Position numbers and translations under genes: made by a program. From the IMG/VR virus record IMGVR_UViG_3300044644_001125, positions 1-64,000 of that record: a stretch of 64,000 bases of DNA; one strand, given 5' to 3'. Every line of letters starts with the position of its first letter. Positions within the stretch are counted from its first letter, which is position 1. Below the pieces are notes generated by a model. That model was not told the DNA's origin. It saw only the letters and a program-made list of their open reading frames with translations, and did no database searches. Positions 48,949 through 58,928 of this stretch are shown one piece after another.

Positions 48949-49632
48949 ATGAGAATAACAGATATCATCGGCGAATCAGCAATCGATGAAGCACCACTCC
49001 CACCAGATTGGGATAAATCGGTATACACACCAAAAACATCATACAAGAAAAGAATTGAATATGCGGTAGCACGTGCCCAAAAGATGGGTAAAGGATCATC
49101 GAGAACTGCTTTTGATATTGAATACGAAGGTAGACCAACTGTTCTTAAAGTTGCGCATAATGTAAAAGGAATGGCACAGAACAAAGAAGAAGCAGAAATA
49201 CTAGATGATGGTTATGTGCAAGATTTGGGAATTACTATCCCAATTATCGATTATGATGAAGAGCATGATGAACCGGTTTGGATTCATACAGAAAAAGCAC
49301 AGAAAGCTACTGAAAAACAATTGTGCAACTTGATGAAATGTGGTACTTTACGTTTATTGGTTGCTATGGCATTTGCTAGTACTGGTAAGAAAGGTGGAAC
49401 CTTAAGTCACGAAGAAGTTATTCGTGAGTTGAAATCAGACCGCTTTAAGTACACAGACGAAGATGTTGAGTTGTGTGAAGAATATGCACAGGCATTAACT
49501 GAACTTGCAGTTAATTTTGATGTAGGTTTATGGGATTTTGTAAGAACAGCCAACTGGGGTTTATTTAATGGTAAACCTGTTGTAATTGATGTTGGTTATA
49601 CTGATGCAGTTCACGCGGCACACTATCGATGA
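48949..49632 (+). CDS. Protein-kinase-like fold protein, possibly virion-packaged
   Basis: ATG at 48949 after ATAAATA (48917-48923); GKGSSRTAF, VLKVA, QNKEE, DFVRTANWG, PVVIDVG. Confidence 0.6.
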   Translation: MRITDIIGESAIDEAPLPPDWDKSVYTPKTSYKKRIEYAVARAQKMGKGSSRTAFDIEYEGRPTVLKVAHNVKGMAQNKEEAEILDDGYVQDLGITIPIIDYDEEHDEPVWIHTEKAQKATEKQLCNLMKCGTLRLLVAMAFASTGKKGGTLSHEEVIRELKSDRFKYTDEDVELCEEYAQALTELAVNFDVGLWDFVRTANWGLFNGKPVVIDVGYTDAVHAAHYR

Positions 49633-50366
49633 ATACAATAGTAATAGTAACTGGTGGCTTTGATCCGATTCATTCTGGTCACATAGAATACTTGAAGGCT
49701 GCGAAGTCATTAGGTGATATTCTTGTTGTTGGTGTGAATAGTGATGAATGGCTTGTTCGTAAGAAAGGTCAGGCTTTCATGCCACTTGACGAGCGGGTAT
49801 CTATCATTCAGAATCTAAAGATGGTTGATGATTGTATTGTATTTGATGATACGAATGGTGATGCAATTGATGCTATCAATCGAGTCAAAAATTTATACCC
49901 AGATAACCGGTATATCTTTGCTAACGGTGGTGATAGAACGGCTAGTAATATCCCAGAGATGTCAGTCAAAAATGTAGAATTTGCATTTGGTGTTGGTGGT
50001 ACTAATAAAAAGAATTCAAGTTCATGGATATTAACTGAGTGGAAATCACCCAAGACCGAAAGACCATGGGGATATTATCGAGTATTGCATGATGTTCCTG
50101 GAATAAAAGTTAAAGAATTAACAGTAAATCCCCAGTCATCATTATCAATGCAACGACATGAATCTCGGTCTGAGTATTGGATGGTAGCTGAAGGTACGGC
50201 AACTGTTACTAGTTCTGATTCGATTTCTACATTGGTTACACATGATGAATATCACGTACCTGAGCATACTTGGCATCAATTGAGTAATATCACAGATAGA
50301 CCACTAAGAATAATTGAAATACAATACGGTGAAAGTTGTGTTGAAGAGGATATTGAAAGAAAATGA
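49629..50366 (+). CDS. Cytidylyltransferase (RfaE-II/TagD-like) fused to a type II mannose-6-phosphate-isomerase-like cupin
   Basis: TGGFDPIHSGH HxGH motif, ANGGDRT; RPWGYYRVL, LSMQRH..RSEYW, IIEIQYG. Confidence 0.88.
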   Translation: MNTIVIVTGGFDPIHSGHIEYLKAAKSLGDILVVGVNSDEWLVRKKGQAFMPLDERVSIIQNLKMVDDCIVFDDTNGDAIDAINRVKNLYPDNRYIFANGGDRTASNIPEMSVKNVEFAFGVGGTNKKNSSSWILTEWKSPKTERPWGYYRVLHDVPGIKVKELTVNPQSSLSMQRHESRSEYWMVAEGTATVTSSDSISTLVTHDEYHVPEHTWHQLSNITDRPLRIIEIQYGESCVEEDIERK

Positions 50367-51046
50367 TTACAGTATTCATTGGGTATGATCCACGAGAAGC
50401 AATAGCTTATCATGTATGTGCTAATAGTATTATTAGGCATAGTTCAAAGCCAGTTGCATTAGTTCCATTGGCTTTAGATAATCTAAAAGATTATGCAGAA
50501 ACGCACGACGATGGTAGTAATCAATTCATTTATAGTCGATTCTTAGTTCCTAGTTTAATGGATTATGAAGGATGGGCAATCTTTATCGATGGTGATATGT
50601 TACTACGTGAAGATATTGCTAAACTCTGGGAGTTGCGAGATCCGACAAAAGCAGTTCAATGCGTTCATCATAATTATGAAACTAAGATGACTACCAAGTA
50701 CTTGGGTTCAGTTAATCAAAATTATCCACGTAAGAATTGGTCTAGTGTGGTAATGTGGAATTGTGCACATCCAGCCAATGCTGTATTAACCTCTGGTTTA
50801 ATACAAGCCTCCTCTGGTGCATTTTTACATCGTTTTACTTGGTTAACTGATGATTTGATTGGTGAATTGCCAGTTGAATGGAATTGGTTACCTGATGAAT
50901 TTGGTGCTAATCCTGATGCTAAACTTCTACACTATACACTTGGAACGCCTTGTTTCCATGATTTTGCACTAACTCCAATGGCAGACGAATGGCACAGAGA
51001 AAGAATGTTAACAAACTACTCGACTCAAGTAAATGCAATTTCTTAG
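50363..51046 (+). CDS. GT-A fold glycosyltransferase (GT8-like)
   Basis: IFIGYD.RE, FIYSRFLVP, DGDML, RKNWSSV, LP.EWNWL, LLHYT.G.P. Confidence 0.85.
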   Translation: MITVFIGYDPREAIAYHVCANSIIRHSSKPVALVPLALDNLKDYAETHDDGSNQFIYSRFLVPSLMDYEGWAIFIDGDMLLREDIAKLWELRDPTKAVQCVHHNYETKMTTKYLGSVNQNYPRKNWSSVVMWNCAHPANAVLTSGLIQASSGAFLHRFTWLTDDLIGELPVEWNWLPDEFGANPDAKLLHYTLGTPCFHDFALTPMADEWHRERMLTNYSTQVNAIS

Positions 51047-51815
51047 TAAGAATCTTCAAGATGAGTACGTGGGTATGCTTGCGACTAGCCATAATCATGA
51101 TGTGGTTGGATATCATGTTTTTGATTACGATGCTAGTACAGACCCTCTTGTCATCCGAGGTATTCTCAAACATAAACTTATCAAGCGTTGTTGGGCGGAT
51201 AATCGCGATTTCTACTACATAGATAGTGGGTATTTTGGAAATAGCAAGTATAATAAGAATCCATTGGGTAATAAGTTATATCATCGAATTGTAAAGAATG
51301 ATTTGCAACATGGTGCTGTAGTTGAAAGACCTGCGGATCGATGGTTGAAACTAGGATTGACACTTTCTAATTGGCGAAATACTGGTAGAAATATACTAGT
51401 TGCTGCACCGGATGAAAAGCCTTGTAAGTTTTATGGCGTCGATAAAGATACTTGGATTGCTGAAACAGTTGCTACTATTAAACAACATACGGATAGACCA
51501 GTGGTTGTTCGGGATAGAGCAAAGTTACGCAGTGAGAGAATAACAAATACTTTACAAGAAGCGTTATCAGATACGTTTGCATTAGTTACGTTTAATAGCG
51601 TAGCAGCCACTGAAGCAATTATGTATGGAATACCGGCATTTACCTTAGTGAACAATGCGGCTAGTCCAGTTTCATTACAAGATTTAAGCAAAATAGAAAC
51701 ACCTTATTATCCAACTATGGATGAACGTTACGCATGGGCTTGTCACTTAGCCTATGGTCAATTTCACGTCACTGAACTAAAAGATGGTTCAGCCCTACGA
51801 ATTTTAGAAATATGA
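51033..51815 (+). CDS. Capsule-polysaccharide-biosynthesis-like (KpsS/KpsC-type) transferase
   Basis: YYIDSGYF, VVVR, LVTFNS.AA.EA...GIP, W...LAY.QF. Confidence 0.6.
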   Translation: MQFLSKNLQDEYVGMLATSHNHDVVGYHVFDYDASTDPLVIRGILKHKLIKRCWADNRDFYYIDSGYFGNSKYNKNPLGNKLYHRIVKNDLQHGAVVERPADRWLKLGLTLSNWRNTGRNILVAAPDEKPCKFYGVDKDTWIAETVATIKQHTDRPVVVRDRAKLRSERITNTLQEALSDTFALVTFNSVAATEAIMYGIPAFTLVNNAASPVSLQDLSKIETPYYPTMDERYAWACHLAYGQFHVTELKDGSALRILEI

Positions 51816-52798
51816 AGATATTAGTTAGTATTGCATCTGGTGCAAATAATACTGAACGTAATGTATTGCGTTCATTCTATGAAGGTATTGAACGGTATTA
51901 CTTTCAGTTATTTGCGGTTAATAATCAACGCATGTTGAAAAAACAGCATGGTATTGATTTGCGGATGAGTTACGATACTGAAATAGAATCGTGTGATATT
52001 GCTGTGCAGTTTGGTACGGTTAAACCTAGATCAGCCGAACATCATGTAACACGGCAAAGTATTCAAAAGAAGGCTGAACAAGTAATCTATATTGAAACTC
52101 CACTATTGGGTAGAACTATTGTAGAAGGTAGTAAACATCAATATTATCGAGTTGGTATCAATGGATTTATGAATAATGATGGTATATTCTACGGTGATTC
52201 AATTGATAAAACTCGTTTACCAGAAATGCGCAACCATCTTACTATCCCAGAATTTGCTGGTTGGAAAGATCATTCGGTGGGTAATATATTGGTGTTGCTG
52301 CAATTACCAGGCGATGCAAGTTTACGTGGCCAAAAGATGAGTGAGTGGCTATTAGAAACTCTATCATCTATAAGAGAAATAACCAATAGACCAATCGTAG
52401 TTCGATTTCACCCAGCAATGAGTGTTAAAGGTCGTGCTGAATTTTATAGTGAAATTGGCGATGTGTTATTCAAGAATTATCAAAATATAACTTGGTCTAA
52501 TGGATTAGATCGAAGTTTACAGGAGGAGTTATCGGATGCTGGAGTTTGCGTTACATATACCAGTGGATCAGCAATTGATGCAGTGCTGGCAGGAGTACCC
52601 GTTATTGCAATGGATGAAGGAAACATGGGATATCCAATTTCAAGTCATCGTATTAGTGAATTGTTAAATCCAAAGAAAGTGGGTAAACTTGAAATAAACC
52701 GATGGGTTGCTCAGTTAGCAAATAGTCAATGGTCTGAATCTGAGATGATTGAATCTAAAGTTTGGCAGCATTTGTTGCCACTGATTGGTGATTTGTGA
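51812..52798 (+). CDS. Capsule-polysaccharide-biosynthesis-like transferase
   Basis: LLQLPGDASL, IVVRFHP, VTYTSGSAIDAVLAGVP, LA.SQW. Confidence 0.65.
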   Translation: MKILVSIASGANNTERNVLRSFYEGIERYYFQLFAVNNQRMLKKQHGIDLRMSYDTEIESCDIAVQFGTVKPRSAEHHVTRQSIQKKAEQVIYIETPLLGRTIVEGSKHQYYRVGINGFMNNDGIFYGDSIDKTRLPEMRNHLTIPEFAGWKDHSVGNILVLLQLPGDASLRGQKMSEWLLETLSSIREITNRPIVVRFHPAMSVKGRAEFYSEIGDVLFKNYQNITWSNGLDRSLQEELSDAGVCVTYTSGSAIDAVLAGVPVIAMDEGNMGYPISSHRISELLNPKKVGKLEINRWVAQLANSQWSESEMIESKVWQHLLPLIGDL

Positions 52799-53712
52799 AA
52801 GTAGCAATCTATCATAGGTCAGTTCCTAATGCCAAGAACCAAGAGAAAGTTGATTTATTAAATCACTTTGCTACTGGAGTTGCGCGTAATGGTGATGCGG
52901 TTATTAATGTAAATGATTTGATGTATCAATCCACTGATGTTGGTGTTATACAAGGTTGGGTTAGTAATGATATTAAAAGACCTCATTTGAGATTGCGAAA
53001 TACCGTAGTTGAAGAACAAATCAAATCTGGTAAGTATGCGGTTGCAGTTGATAGCAACTTGTTTCTTTATAACGATACTACAAATGCGTTACATTATTTA
53101 AGATATAGTTTTAACGGTATATTTCCAAACACAGGAATCTACTGCGATTCTGTGATAGATCCTACTAGATGGCAGAAGATAAGTAAGAACTTAAACTTAA
53201 GTCTAAAAGATAATAGAACTACCGGTAATCATATCTTAATTTGCATGCAACGGAATGGTGGTTGGAGCATGGGTGGTGCGGATGTTCAAGATTGGGCTAT
53301 TTCTACAATAAATGAATTAAGAAAGTACACCGATAGACCAATTGTTATTAGACCACATCCAGGTGATAAAGCAACGAAGGAGTTGCTTAATTCTACAAAT
53401 GCAACGAATAAGTTGCGTGGTTTGACTATCAGTGGCAATCCAAATCTAAAAGATGATTTAATCAATTGTTGGGCAGTGGTGAATTGCAATTCTAGTCCAG
53501 TAGTTGGTGCTGCTATTGAGGGATTCCCTATCTTCGTTACTGACCCTGATAAAAGTCAATGTAGAGAAGTAGCAAACTTGAGTTTATCTGATATAGAAAA
53601 CCCATTACTACCAGATAGGCAGCAATGGGTTGAAAGACTATCCATGTTTCACTGGAACTTTGATGAGTTAAAGTCTGGTGAATGTTGGGCTCATATGCGT
53701 AGTTTTATTTGA
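52795..53712 (+). CDS. Capsule-polysaccharide-biosynthesis-like transferase
   Basis: GTG start; ILICMQ, IVIRPHPG, VVN.NSSP.V.AAIEG.P, L..FHW. Confidence 0.65.
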   Translation: MKVAIYHRSVPNAKNQEKVDLLNHFATGVARNGDAVINVNDLMYQSTDVGVIQGWVSNDIKRPHLRLRNTVVEEQIKSGKYAVAVDSNLFLYNDTTNALHYLRYSFNGIFPNTGIYCDSVIDPTRWQKISKNLNLSLKDNRTTGNHILICMQRNGGWSMGGADVQDWAISTINELRKYTDRPIVIRPHPGDKATKELLNSTNATNKLRGLTISGNPNLKDDLINCWAVVNCNSSPVVGAAIEGFPIFVTDPDKSQCREVANLSLSDIENPLLPDRQQWVERLSMFHWNFDELKSGECWAHMRSFI

Positions 53713-54364
53713 AATTTTCGATAAACTTCTGTAGTAATGCGACATCTGCATCCCGATAGTGTACGGTTTTATCCCAGATCCAATCATCTCTTTCACGCAT
53801 CCATGAATGATGATAGGTCCTATTAACCGCGTCTTTTATATTTTCAATTGGCATTTCGAAATCTGCGATCAAGTGAAATCTACCAAGTGACATTGCAACT
53901 TCACGGATCCAGGTGTCAACGTACCAGTGATAAAACACGGGTGGTAAGAAATAACCAACCGTGTTAATCCAGTTTTTATGTAAGCAAAAATGTGGGTTCT
54001 TTTTCTTACCAACTGATGGAGCTCTTGGATATATACATGCGATTTTATCTGGGTATTGGTTAAATGCATTGATTACTTTTAAACCCCAATTGGCACAATC
54101 AAATTGAGCATCATCACCAACTAAGAATAATATATCATGTGTAGCTTTTTCAGCCATCAAGTTCCAACTATAGCAGGTGCTTTGATTTGGACCAATTATA
54201 TATTGCGTTACATTCAAGAATGAAAGATAATCTTGTAGTAATGGGTCGTCTGCGTTCAAATAAAACTTGATATCTACTTCACAACCAGCAGATTTAAACG
54301 CGGAATCCATCATACGTTTTGCTAATTCTGGTCTACTTCTACTAGGTGTTAAGATGCTAATCAT
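53705..54364 (-). CDS. GT2-family glycosyltransferase
   Basis: ISILTPSRSRP, ADD, LFLVGDD, HWYVDTWI; start set by ATGA overlap. Confidence 0.75.
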   Translation of the reverse strand: MISILTPSRSRPELAKRMMDSAFKSAGCEVDIKFYLNADDPLLQDYLSFLNVTQYIIGPNQSTCYSWNLMAEKATHDILFLVGDDAQFDCANWGLKVINAFNQYPDKIACIYPRAPSVGKKKNPHFCLHKNWINTVGYFLPPVFYHWYVDTWIREVAMSLGRFHLIADFEMPIENIKDAVNRTYHHSWMRERDDWIWDKTVHYRDADVALLQKFIENFK

Positions 54365-54924
54365 ACAGACCAATTAATTGAATTAATTTCGGCTATTAAT
54401 TCAGAATTTGCTGATAACACGCCAAGACCAGCAGAATGGGCGAATCGCATTTTTGGTAAATCTATATTATCGAACACATTCCTTACCTCCTTAAATGCAG
54501 ACGTGTCATGCATTATAATAACTGCATTTGGTGTTAAAAATTTACGCCAGGTTTGATAATCATTCATTGCTGCTTCGTATGTGTGTAAACCGTCGATATG
54601 CAAAATATCTATGGGTTTATCCCAGCCACCGGCAACATCGTTAAAAAAACCTTTAATGATTTCGATATTCCCGTATCCATTTGAGTTGATAATCGACATC
54701 ACGGTATCATACGCATCCGGGTGGTGCCCTGCATGAATATCACCTTCGAATGAGTCAATACCATAAACAGTTCCGATATTTGGATTTGCTAGGCAAAACA
54801 AACTGTACCCGTAATCGACTCCTAGATCAACGGATGTAGTTGGTTTTACTTTATTAACCAGCCATTCAGCGAACACGCGATGACCTTTCCACGCACTTGC
54901 TAGTTGTTCTATATCGTATTTCAT
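54361..54924 (-). CDS. Class I SAM-dependent methyltransferase (Methyltransf_24-like)
   Basis: VDLGVDYGYS, YGIDSF, IDILHIDGLHTYE, IIMHD. Confidence 0.85.
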   Translation of the reverse strand: MKYDIEQLASAWKGHRVFAEWLVNKVKPTTSVDLGVDYGYSLFCLANPNIGTVYGIDSFEGDIHAGHHPDAYDTVMSIINSNGYGNIEIIKGFFNDVAGGWDKPIDILHIDGLHTYEAAMNDYQTWRKFLTPNAVIIMHDTSAFKEVRNVFDNIDLPKMRFAHSAGLGVLSANSELIAEINSINWSV

Positions 54925-55610
54925 TGGTTTCCTTTGTATAATGATTTGGGGTAAGCTGATCTATAATGATCAACATTACTGTTGTGTAAGGTAACTGCAT
55001 TTGGTTTTCCAATACCAATCCAAAATTCGGCATCGTGCCGGTATGGGTAATTTTCAAAATTAAATTGCGATGCATTACTATCTGCCACTGGTAAAATGAA
55101 ACTTGGTAACTTCTGAATATATTCAGAAGTAGCCCACCAGAAATTACCAGCATAATGAGGGTATTTAGAGTTTTCCATCCAGTTTACACCGACTGTGTCA
55201 AAACCAGCATTCAAGTAAGTTACACACTGTTTCCAACAGTCAACTGTGTAGAATAGCATTAGCTCACGCCAGTCCGTTATATTCGCTGTTTTCTTTGACT
55301 TCAATTTCGATGCACCTTTGTGATGTAAATACAAAACATACGAATCCGATGTGTCGCATATCAATTTTAACTCATTTAGTGTTGGTATTTCGTATTCATA
55401 TGTATTAGTTTCTGGGTATAGAACGAGCGCATTGGGATATTCCTGCATTTTAGTTTCCACCCAGCTGAAATTTGCTTTATCATACTGGCAATATATGAAC
55501 ACTCTTGCGTGGTTGATTAGGTCAGATTCTATCACATGATTTAAAATGTCAATAGCAATGTGTTCAGAACCAGGTATATCTACTAAGTGAATGAATACAT
55601 TAAGTTCCAT
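54921..55610 (-). CDS. Putative glycosyltransferase-like protein
   Basis: VLYLH.KG, GVN, HYAGNFWWATSEYI..LP, R..AEFWIG; located in the sugar island. Confidence 0.5.
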   Translation of the reverse strand: MELNVFIHLVDIPGSEHIAIDILNHVIESDLINHARVFIYCQYDKANFSWVETKMQEYPNALVLYPETNTYEYEIPTLNELKLICDTSDSYVLYLHHKGASKLKSKKTANITDWRELMLFYTVDCWKQCVTYLNAGFDTVGVNWMENSKYPHYAGNFWWATSEYIQKLPSFILPVADSNASQFNFENYPYRHDAEFWIGIGKPNAVTLHNSNVDHYRSAYPKSLYKGNQ

Positions 55611-56445
55611 GTGGTATCCTAAGCAACTCTTCCAATGTGTATAGTTGTTTCATATGCTTTGATGGATTTGATAATACACTGTATTCAATATCCCCGGGTC
55701 GTCTATTACCAACGGATACCTTAAACTCTACAGAATTTACCATTTTAAATGTCTCTACGATTTGGTTTACACTAATTCCGATACCATGGCCTAAGTTTTC
55801 AATTTGATTTGTTGGGTTTTTTATTACTGATATTATTGAGTTGCATATTTCATTGACATGCGTGTAATCCCGAATACATGTACCATCGAATGTATTGTAA
55901 TCGTTTCCAAATATTGTAAAATTACCACTAGTTCTAGCATTCATTAATGAGTAGAATAAACCATCTGGGTTTGTCGGAGTTATACCATCACAGCCGATTA
56001 CGTTGTAAAATCTAAAAATGGTGAATTGTATGTCGTTTTCGATGCAGTGCTGTATTGATATATCTTCGGCCATTTTCTTAGAAAGTCCATATGGACTTTC
56101 TAAGTTATCAGCAGCCCCAGTAGATGCTAGAATATAATGCGATGTTTTTATATGCCGTAATATATTTAATGTACCGGACACGTTTGTTGTGTAGTATGCA
56201 ACTGGATTTATAGTACTTTCGGCCACTGATACCAAGGCGGCTAAATGTATTACGCAATCAAACTCTATACCAATCATATCAGCTTCGCACAAGGTAGTTA
56301 TATCAGCTGCGTAGAATGTATCAACTGGAATAGCTGGTTGATTTCTGTCTAAACCTGATACACTGAAACAACCAGCGGCATTCAGTAATTTGGTTAAATG
56401 TGAACCGATATACCCAGAATTACCGGTTATTAATATGCGTTTCAT
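55600..56445 (-). CDS. NAD-dependent epimerase/dehydratase (UDP-glucose 4-epimerase-like)
   Basis: ILITGNSGYIGSH, VIHLAA..SV.ES, YGLSK, FRFYNV, CIRDY.HV, RRPGD. Confidence 0.9.
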   Translation of the reverse strand: MKRILITGNSGYIGSHLTKLLNAAGCFSVSGLDRNQPAIPVDTFYAADITTLCEADMIGIEFDCVIHLAALVSVAESTINPVAYYTTNVSGTLNILRHIKTSHYILASTGAADNLESPYGLSKKMAEDISIQHCIENDIQFTIFRFYNVIGCDGITPTNPDGLFYSLMNARTSGNFTIFGNDYNTFDGTCIRDYTHVNEICNSIISVIKNPTNQIENLGHGIGISVNQIVETFKMVNSVEFKVSVGNRRPGDIEYSVLSNPSKHMKQLYTLEELLRIPHGT

Positions 56446-57413
56446 GTTGATTTTTTACCAAAGTACGCGTCTAATCCTTCATTTTTATACGAACGACCGC
56501 CACTGATTGATTTGATCGTTTCGTTTTCAAATGCATCTATTTGGCAATTTGGATTCAACCCAACCTGCTGGTATAGTGGTTCGAATCGGTTACCATAAAT
56601 ATTAAACAGTAAGTTAAGAGTCCCACCAATATACAACGCCTGTTTACCCATTTCTGATTTTATGTAGTTTCCAATAAACATGGCATACGAACCGCATGAT
56701 AGAAACGCAATATCAAACTCAATTTCTTTAATTTCAGCAACCATCCGATGGCATTCATCATGCCAATTTACTGTCGTTAGATTTAGATTATCAGCAGAAT
56801 CACCAGCATCATTATACGTGATGTTTGTGTTGTATGTTTTTAGTATAAAATTTGGGAATTTGTAATCGTAAAACAATTCATCTTTTCGGGTGAATTGGTA
56901 CTCAATACTTTTTGAAAACGGGCTTACTATTAGGATAGTTTTATTATCACCCCAGGATTTAAACGATTCCAAGAACGGTTTTACTGGTTGTACGTATTGG
57001 TTCCAGTTGAATAAAACTTTGTTTTCTGATATATATGATATAAATGGCTCGTATCTTTGGTCAAATTCTGATTTACCACGCAGCATGAATTTAAAATGTT
57101 TCTCCTGTTTACCAGCATATCCGATTAAATCGCCATTTGTATAATAGGTAATCATTGATTCCAAAAATAGCCTGAAGCAATCTTTACTATTATTAAAATC
57201 AAAATAGCCGTTTAATTCTTTAACTCTTCTGGTAGCTCTATTATACCAAGCATCGTCATGTATGATTTCGTTGTTGTTAAAATAATCACACACTAATTCA
57301 AAATCAGACCCACCAATTCTACTAATAAACATTGGGTGTGGTCTAGCCATATAGTCGGTAAAATACTTCATGATATCTGTAGTATCGTGCAGTACATTGA
57401 CTTTGTTAATCAT
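56442..57413 (-). CDS. Putative GT-D-fold-like sugar transferase
   Basis: ISRIGGSD, ILIVSPF, FDIAFLSCGSYA, ALYIGG.L.LLF.I.G.R. Confidence 0.5.
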   Translation of the reverse strand: MINKVNVLHDTTDIMKYFTDYMARPHPMFISRIGGSDFELVCDYFNNNEIIHDDAWYNRATRRVKELNGYFDFNNSKDCFRLFLESMITYYTNGDLIGYAGKQEKHFKFMLRGKSEFDQRYEPFISYISENKVLFNWNQYVQPVKPFLESFKSWGDNKTILIVSPFSKSIEYQFTRKDELFYDYKFPNFILKTYNTNITYNDAGDSADNLNLTTVNWHDECHRMVAEIKEIEFDIAFLSCGSYAMFIGNYIKSEMGKQALYIGGTLNLLFNIYGNRFEPLYQQVGLNPNCQIDAFENETIKSISGGRSYKNEGLDAYFGKKST

Positions 57414-58093
57414 TTATGCTCCCAAAAATTGGTTCGTGTCAGGCTTTTCTTGCCGTCTTTCTTTGTTAGGGCAGTACCCATAGTATAATTGTGTATTTGA
57501 ATCTTAACATGGTATTGATTAATCGCATTATCTGCTGGCAGGAATGTATTCGCATATGTTTCAATTAGTTTCTTAGCAGCATGTGGTTTGATAGCATATC
57601 CACAGCAACCGGGCATTGACGAATTCCTGTACTCAGAAGCTGCAGGTTCACTGGTTGGATCTAAAAGATAATTGATATACCGTTCACTTTTCGCTGGATG
57701 TCCCAATGCAACTACAAGTACATCATCCCATTCTACTGGGATAAACTCTCTGGTTAATACAATATCATCTTCCCATATGATAATGGGTTCATCCAACTCA
57801 ACGCATTTCTTCCATAGGTTATAGTGACTGAAGAAACAGCCTTTGACACCAGGTGAACTCATTTTAGAAACTGCTTTGGAATCTACATCATCTGTATCTA
57901 TCGGGCCTTTAATACCAAATGGGTGTAAAGTTCTTCCTTCTTGTTCCATTTGCAATACCGCATCATTACCATAAGTACCTTCGAATAGTTCAACTGTTGC
58001 TCCAAAAGATTCTAAATTATCTTTTAGGTTAGTAGCTGTTTCCAAAGAAGCTGGAATCTTTGATAGATGGATGATATAGTTGTTCATTGCCAA
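57410..58093 (-). CDS. GT25-family glycosyltransferase
   Basis: YIIHL, GCFFSHYNLWKKC, IIWEDD, GYAIKP.AAKKL, LPAD. Confidence 0.85.
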   Translation of the reverse strand: MAMNNYIIHLSKIPASLETATNLKDNLESFGATVELFEGTYGNDAVLQMEQEGRTLHPFGIKGPIDTDDVDSKAVSKMSSPGVKGCFFSHYNLWKKCVELDEPIIIWEDDIVLTREFIPVEWDDVLVVALGHPAKSERYINYLLDPTSEPAASEYRNSSMPGCCGYAIKPHAAKKLIETYANTFLPADNAINQYHVKIQIHNYTMGTALTKKDGKKSLTRTNFWEHK

Positions 58094-58887
58094 TAAGCCT
58101 CGGTTCTTGGAACTTTCAAATCAGATAAATTGCTACGGGCTGCTTGCTTTCTATCACCTTTCAAGTGGTCTAAGTACGCACCCCATTCACTGTTAATCAA
58201 TGGATGACCTTCACCAGCAATCAAATGACTACTCCAATCTAATTCATTCAAGTCAAATAGCTTTCTAACTGCATCGAATACATAACTATCATGCCATTCT
58301 TCTAATGTGAAAATACCATTCTCAGCATCATCATAATAACGTTGGAACTTAGCTAAGAATCGACGAACCTTTTCACTCTTTAAATTCATGGCATATAAGC
58401 CACATTCGGTGTACTTTCCTTTACGACCTAAGAAACAAATGTCTTTATTAGGTGGACATAATCTTTCGATTTCAGCCATCGTAATTGGACTATGGCAAAT
58501 CGTGTCAGCATCCATCCAAATTAACATATCTGCTTTAGAACGACTGGCGCAGTGAAATATACTGTAAACCTTGTGAGCGAAGCGAACTGCATCCCATTTG
58601 AAACCAACCTTTTGTGTTTTATCTGGGTGCTTCTGAGTTGAATCTTCACACCAACCAGTAGCCATTGGAATATCTTTCCACTTGTCTTTAAATGCCATTA
58701 ACTCTGGTACATTTACTAGGTTGAATAAACTGGCATTGTCAACATGTTCAATATTAGGCTTGCAATTCTCTGGGTATAGTTGTAAAGTGACCTCTTTAGG
58801 CCAGTTCTCATTGAATGAATCGATCATTCGTTGAGCATACGTGGTCAAACCTTTTTGATTAAATGTTGTTACTACAGTGACTTTCAT
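58084..58887 (-). CDS. Nucleotide-diphospho-sugar transferase (GT-A fold)
   Basis: VTTFN, WDAVRFAHKVY, IWMDAD, WHDSYVFD, DHLKG. Confidence 0.75.
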   Translation of the reverse strand: MKVTVVTTFNQKGLTTYAQRMIDSFNENWPKEVTLQLYPENCKPNIEHVDNASLFNLVNVPELMAFKDKWKDIPMATGWCEDSTQKHPDKTQKVGFKWDAVRFAHKVYSIFHCASRSKADMLIWMDADTICHSPITMAEIERLCPPNKDICFLGRKGKYTECGLYAMNLKSEKVRRFLAKFQRYYDDAENGIFTLEEWHDSYVFDAVRKLFDLNELDWSSHLIAGEGHPLINSEWGAYLDHLKGDRKQAARSNLSDLKVPRTEAYWQ

Positions 58888-58901
58888 ATTTTCTCTATTC
58901 G

Positions 58902-58917
58902 TTAAATAACTATTTAG
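58902..58917. promoter_or_regulatory. Overlapping divergent late-type promoters
   Basis: TTAAATA on plus (58902-58908) and CTAAATA on minus (58917-58911) between divergent sugar genes. Confidence 0.6.
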
Positions 58918-58928
58918 TGAGGTTTACA

